64,000 bases of DNA from Macrostomum lignano (Eukaryota). The first letter of the stretch is position 1, and every line of letters starts with the position of its first letter. The position numbers and the translations under genes are program-made. This document shows positions 63,602 through 64,000 of this stretch, one piece after another. Location of the stretch: the NCBI GenBank assembly GCA_002269645.1, contig NIVC01000368.1, positions 1 to 64,000 on the forward strand. The letters are read 5' to 3'. The notes below the pieces were generated by a model, which was not told the origin of the DNA, searched no databases, and was given only the letters and a program-made list of their open reading frames with translations.

Positions 63602-64000
63602 CTAGTTTTGCGCAGCATAAAAATCAGGCGGTCTTCGAGTCCTTGCCGAACGCCGAGGGCCGACTGCGGTCGGCTCATCCAGCAAGTCCGTCCAGGTCAG
63701 CCGCGGATCGACAGCCGGGCTGGGCGGTCGGCCGGCCTCTGCAGCGGGCGGAGTCGGGGCGGACTGCCAGGAAGCGGGCTGCGGCCGCCTGCGCACGAAC
63801 AGCTTGAGCCGGTCGTGATGCACCACCGTGCTTCGTCTCCGGCCGGCGGGTTTTGAGATCCGGTAGGTGACGGGGCCCAGCCTCTCCAGCACGCGGTACG
63901 GTCCCAGCCACCGCCGACGGAGAGCCTTGGACTGGCCCTTCAACACCGCCGGGTTGCTGAGCATCACCAGCTGCCCGACTTGGATCGGCGTGAAGTGCTG
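63602..64000 (-). mobile_element. Gypsy/Ty3 pol C-terminus (post-integrase GPY/F region), truncated by the window edge
   Basis: VGQLVML...KALRRRWLGPYRVLERLGPVTYRI...VVHHDRLKLF...RRSARTRRPPDFY. The frame is open to the window end. Confidence 0.85.

Overview
Eukaryotic (invertebrate animal-type) genomic DNA with GC-rich spliced exons in AT-rich, minisatellite-laden non-coding sequence. The style resembles flatworm genomes such as Macrostomum, but that is inference only. Genes: two tandem paralogs of an ankyrin-repeat + STE/MAP3K-like Ser/Thr kinase (copy 1 with three 1-nt frameshifts, copy 2 intact, about 669 aa); a 5-exon gene of unrecognised family (about 550 aa); a divergent 6-exon bestrophin (about 673 aa) with an altered acidic Ca2+ clasp and large loop insertions; a 3-exon vitamin K epoxide reductase on the minus strand (169 aa); and a low-complexity ORF. 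Mobile DNA: a decayed RT-RNase H LINE with a PHD-like finger; two tRNA-derived SINEs; the 3' end of a Gypsy element with its LTR; and an 8.4-kb nest (43076-51500) in which three different TIR elements, each with its own TSD, sit inside the 16-bp repeat arm of one foldback-type element. More than 15 distinct tandem arrays are present, many filling introns. All calls are by eye from the sequence and ORF track; no database searches were run.
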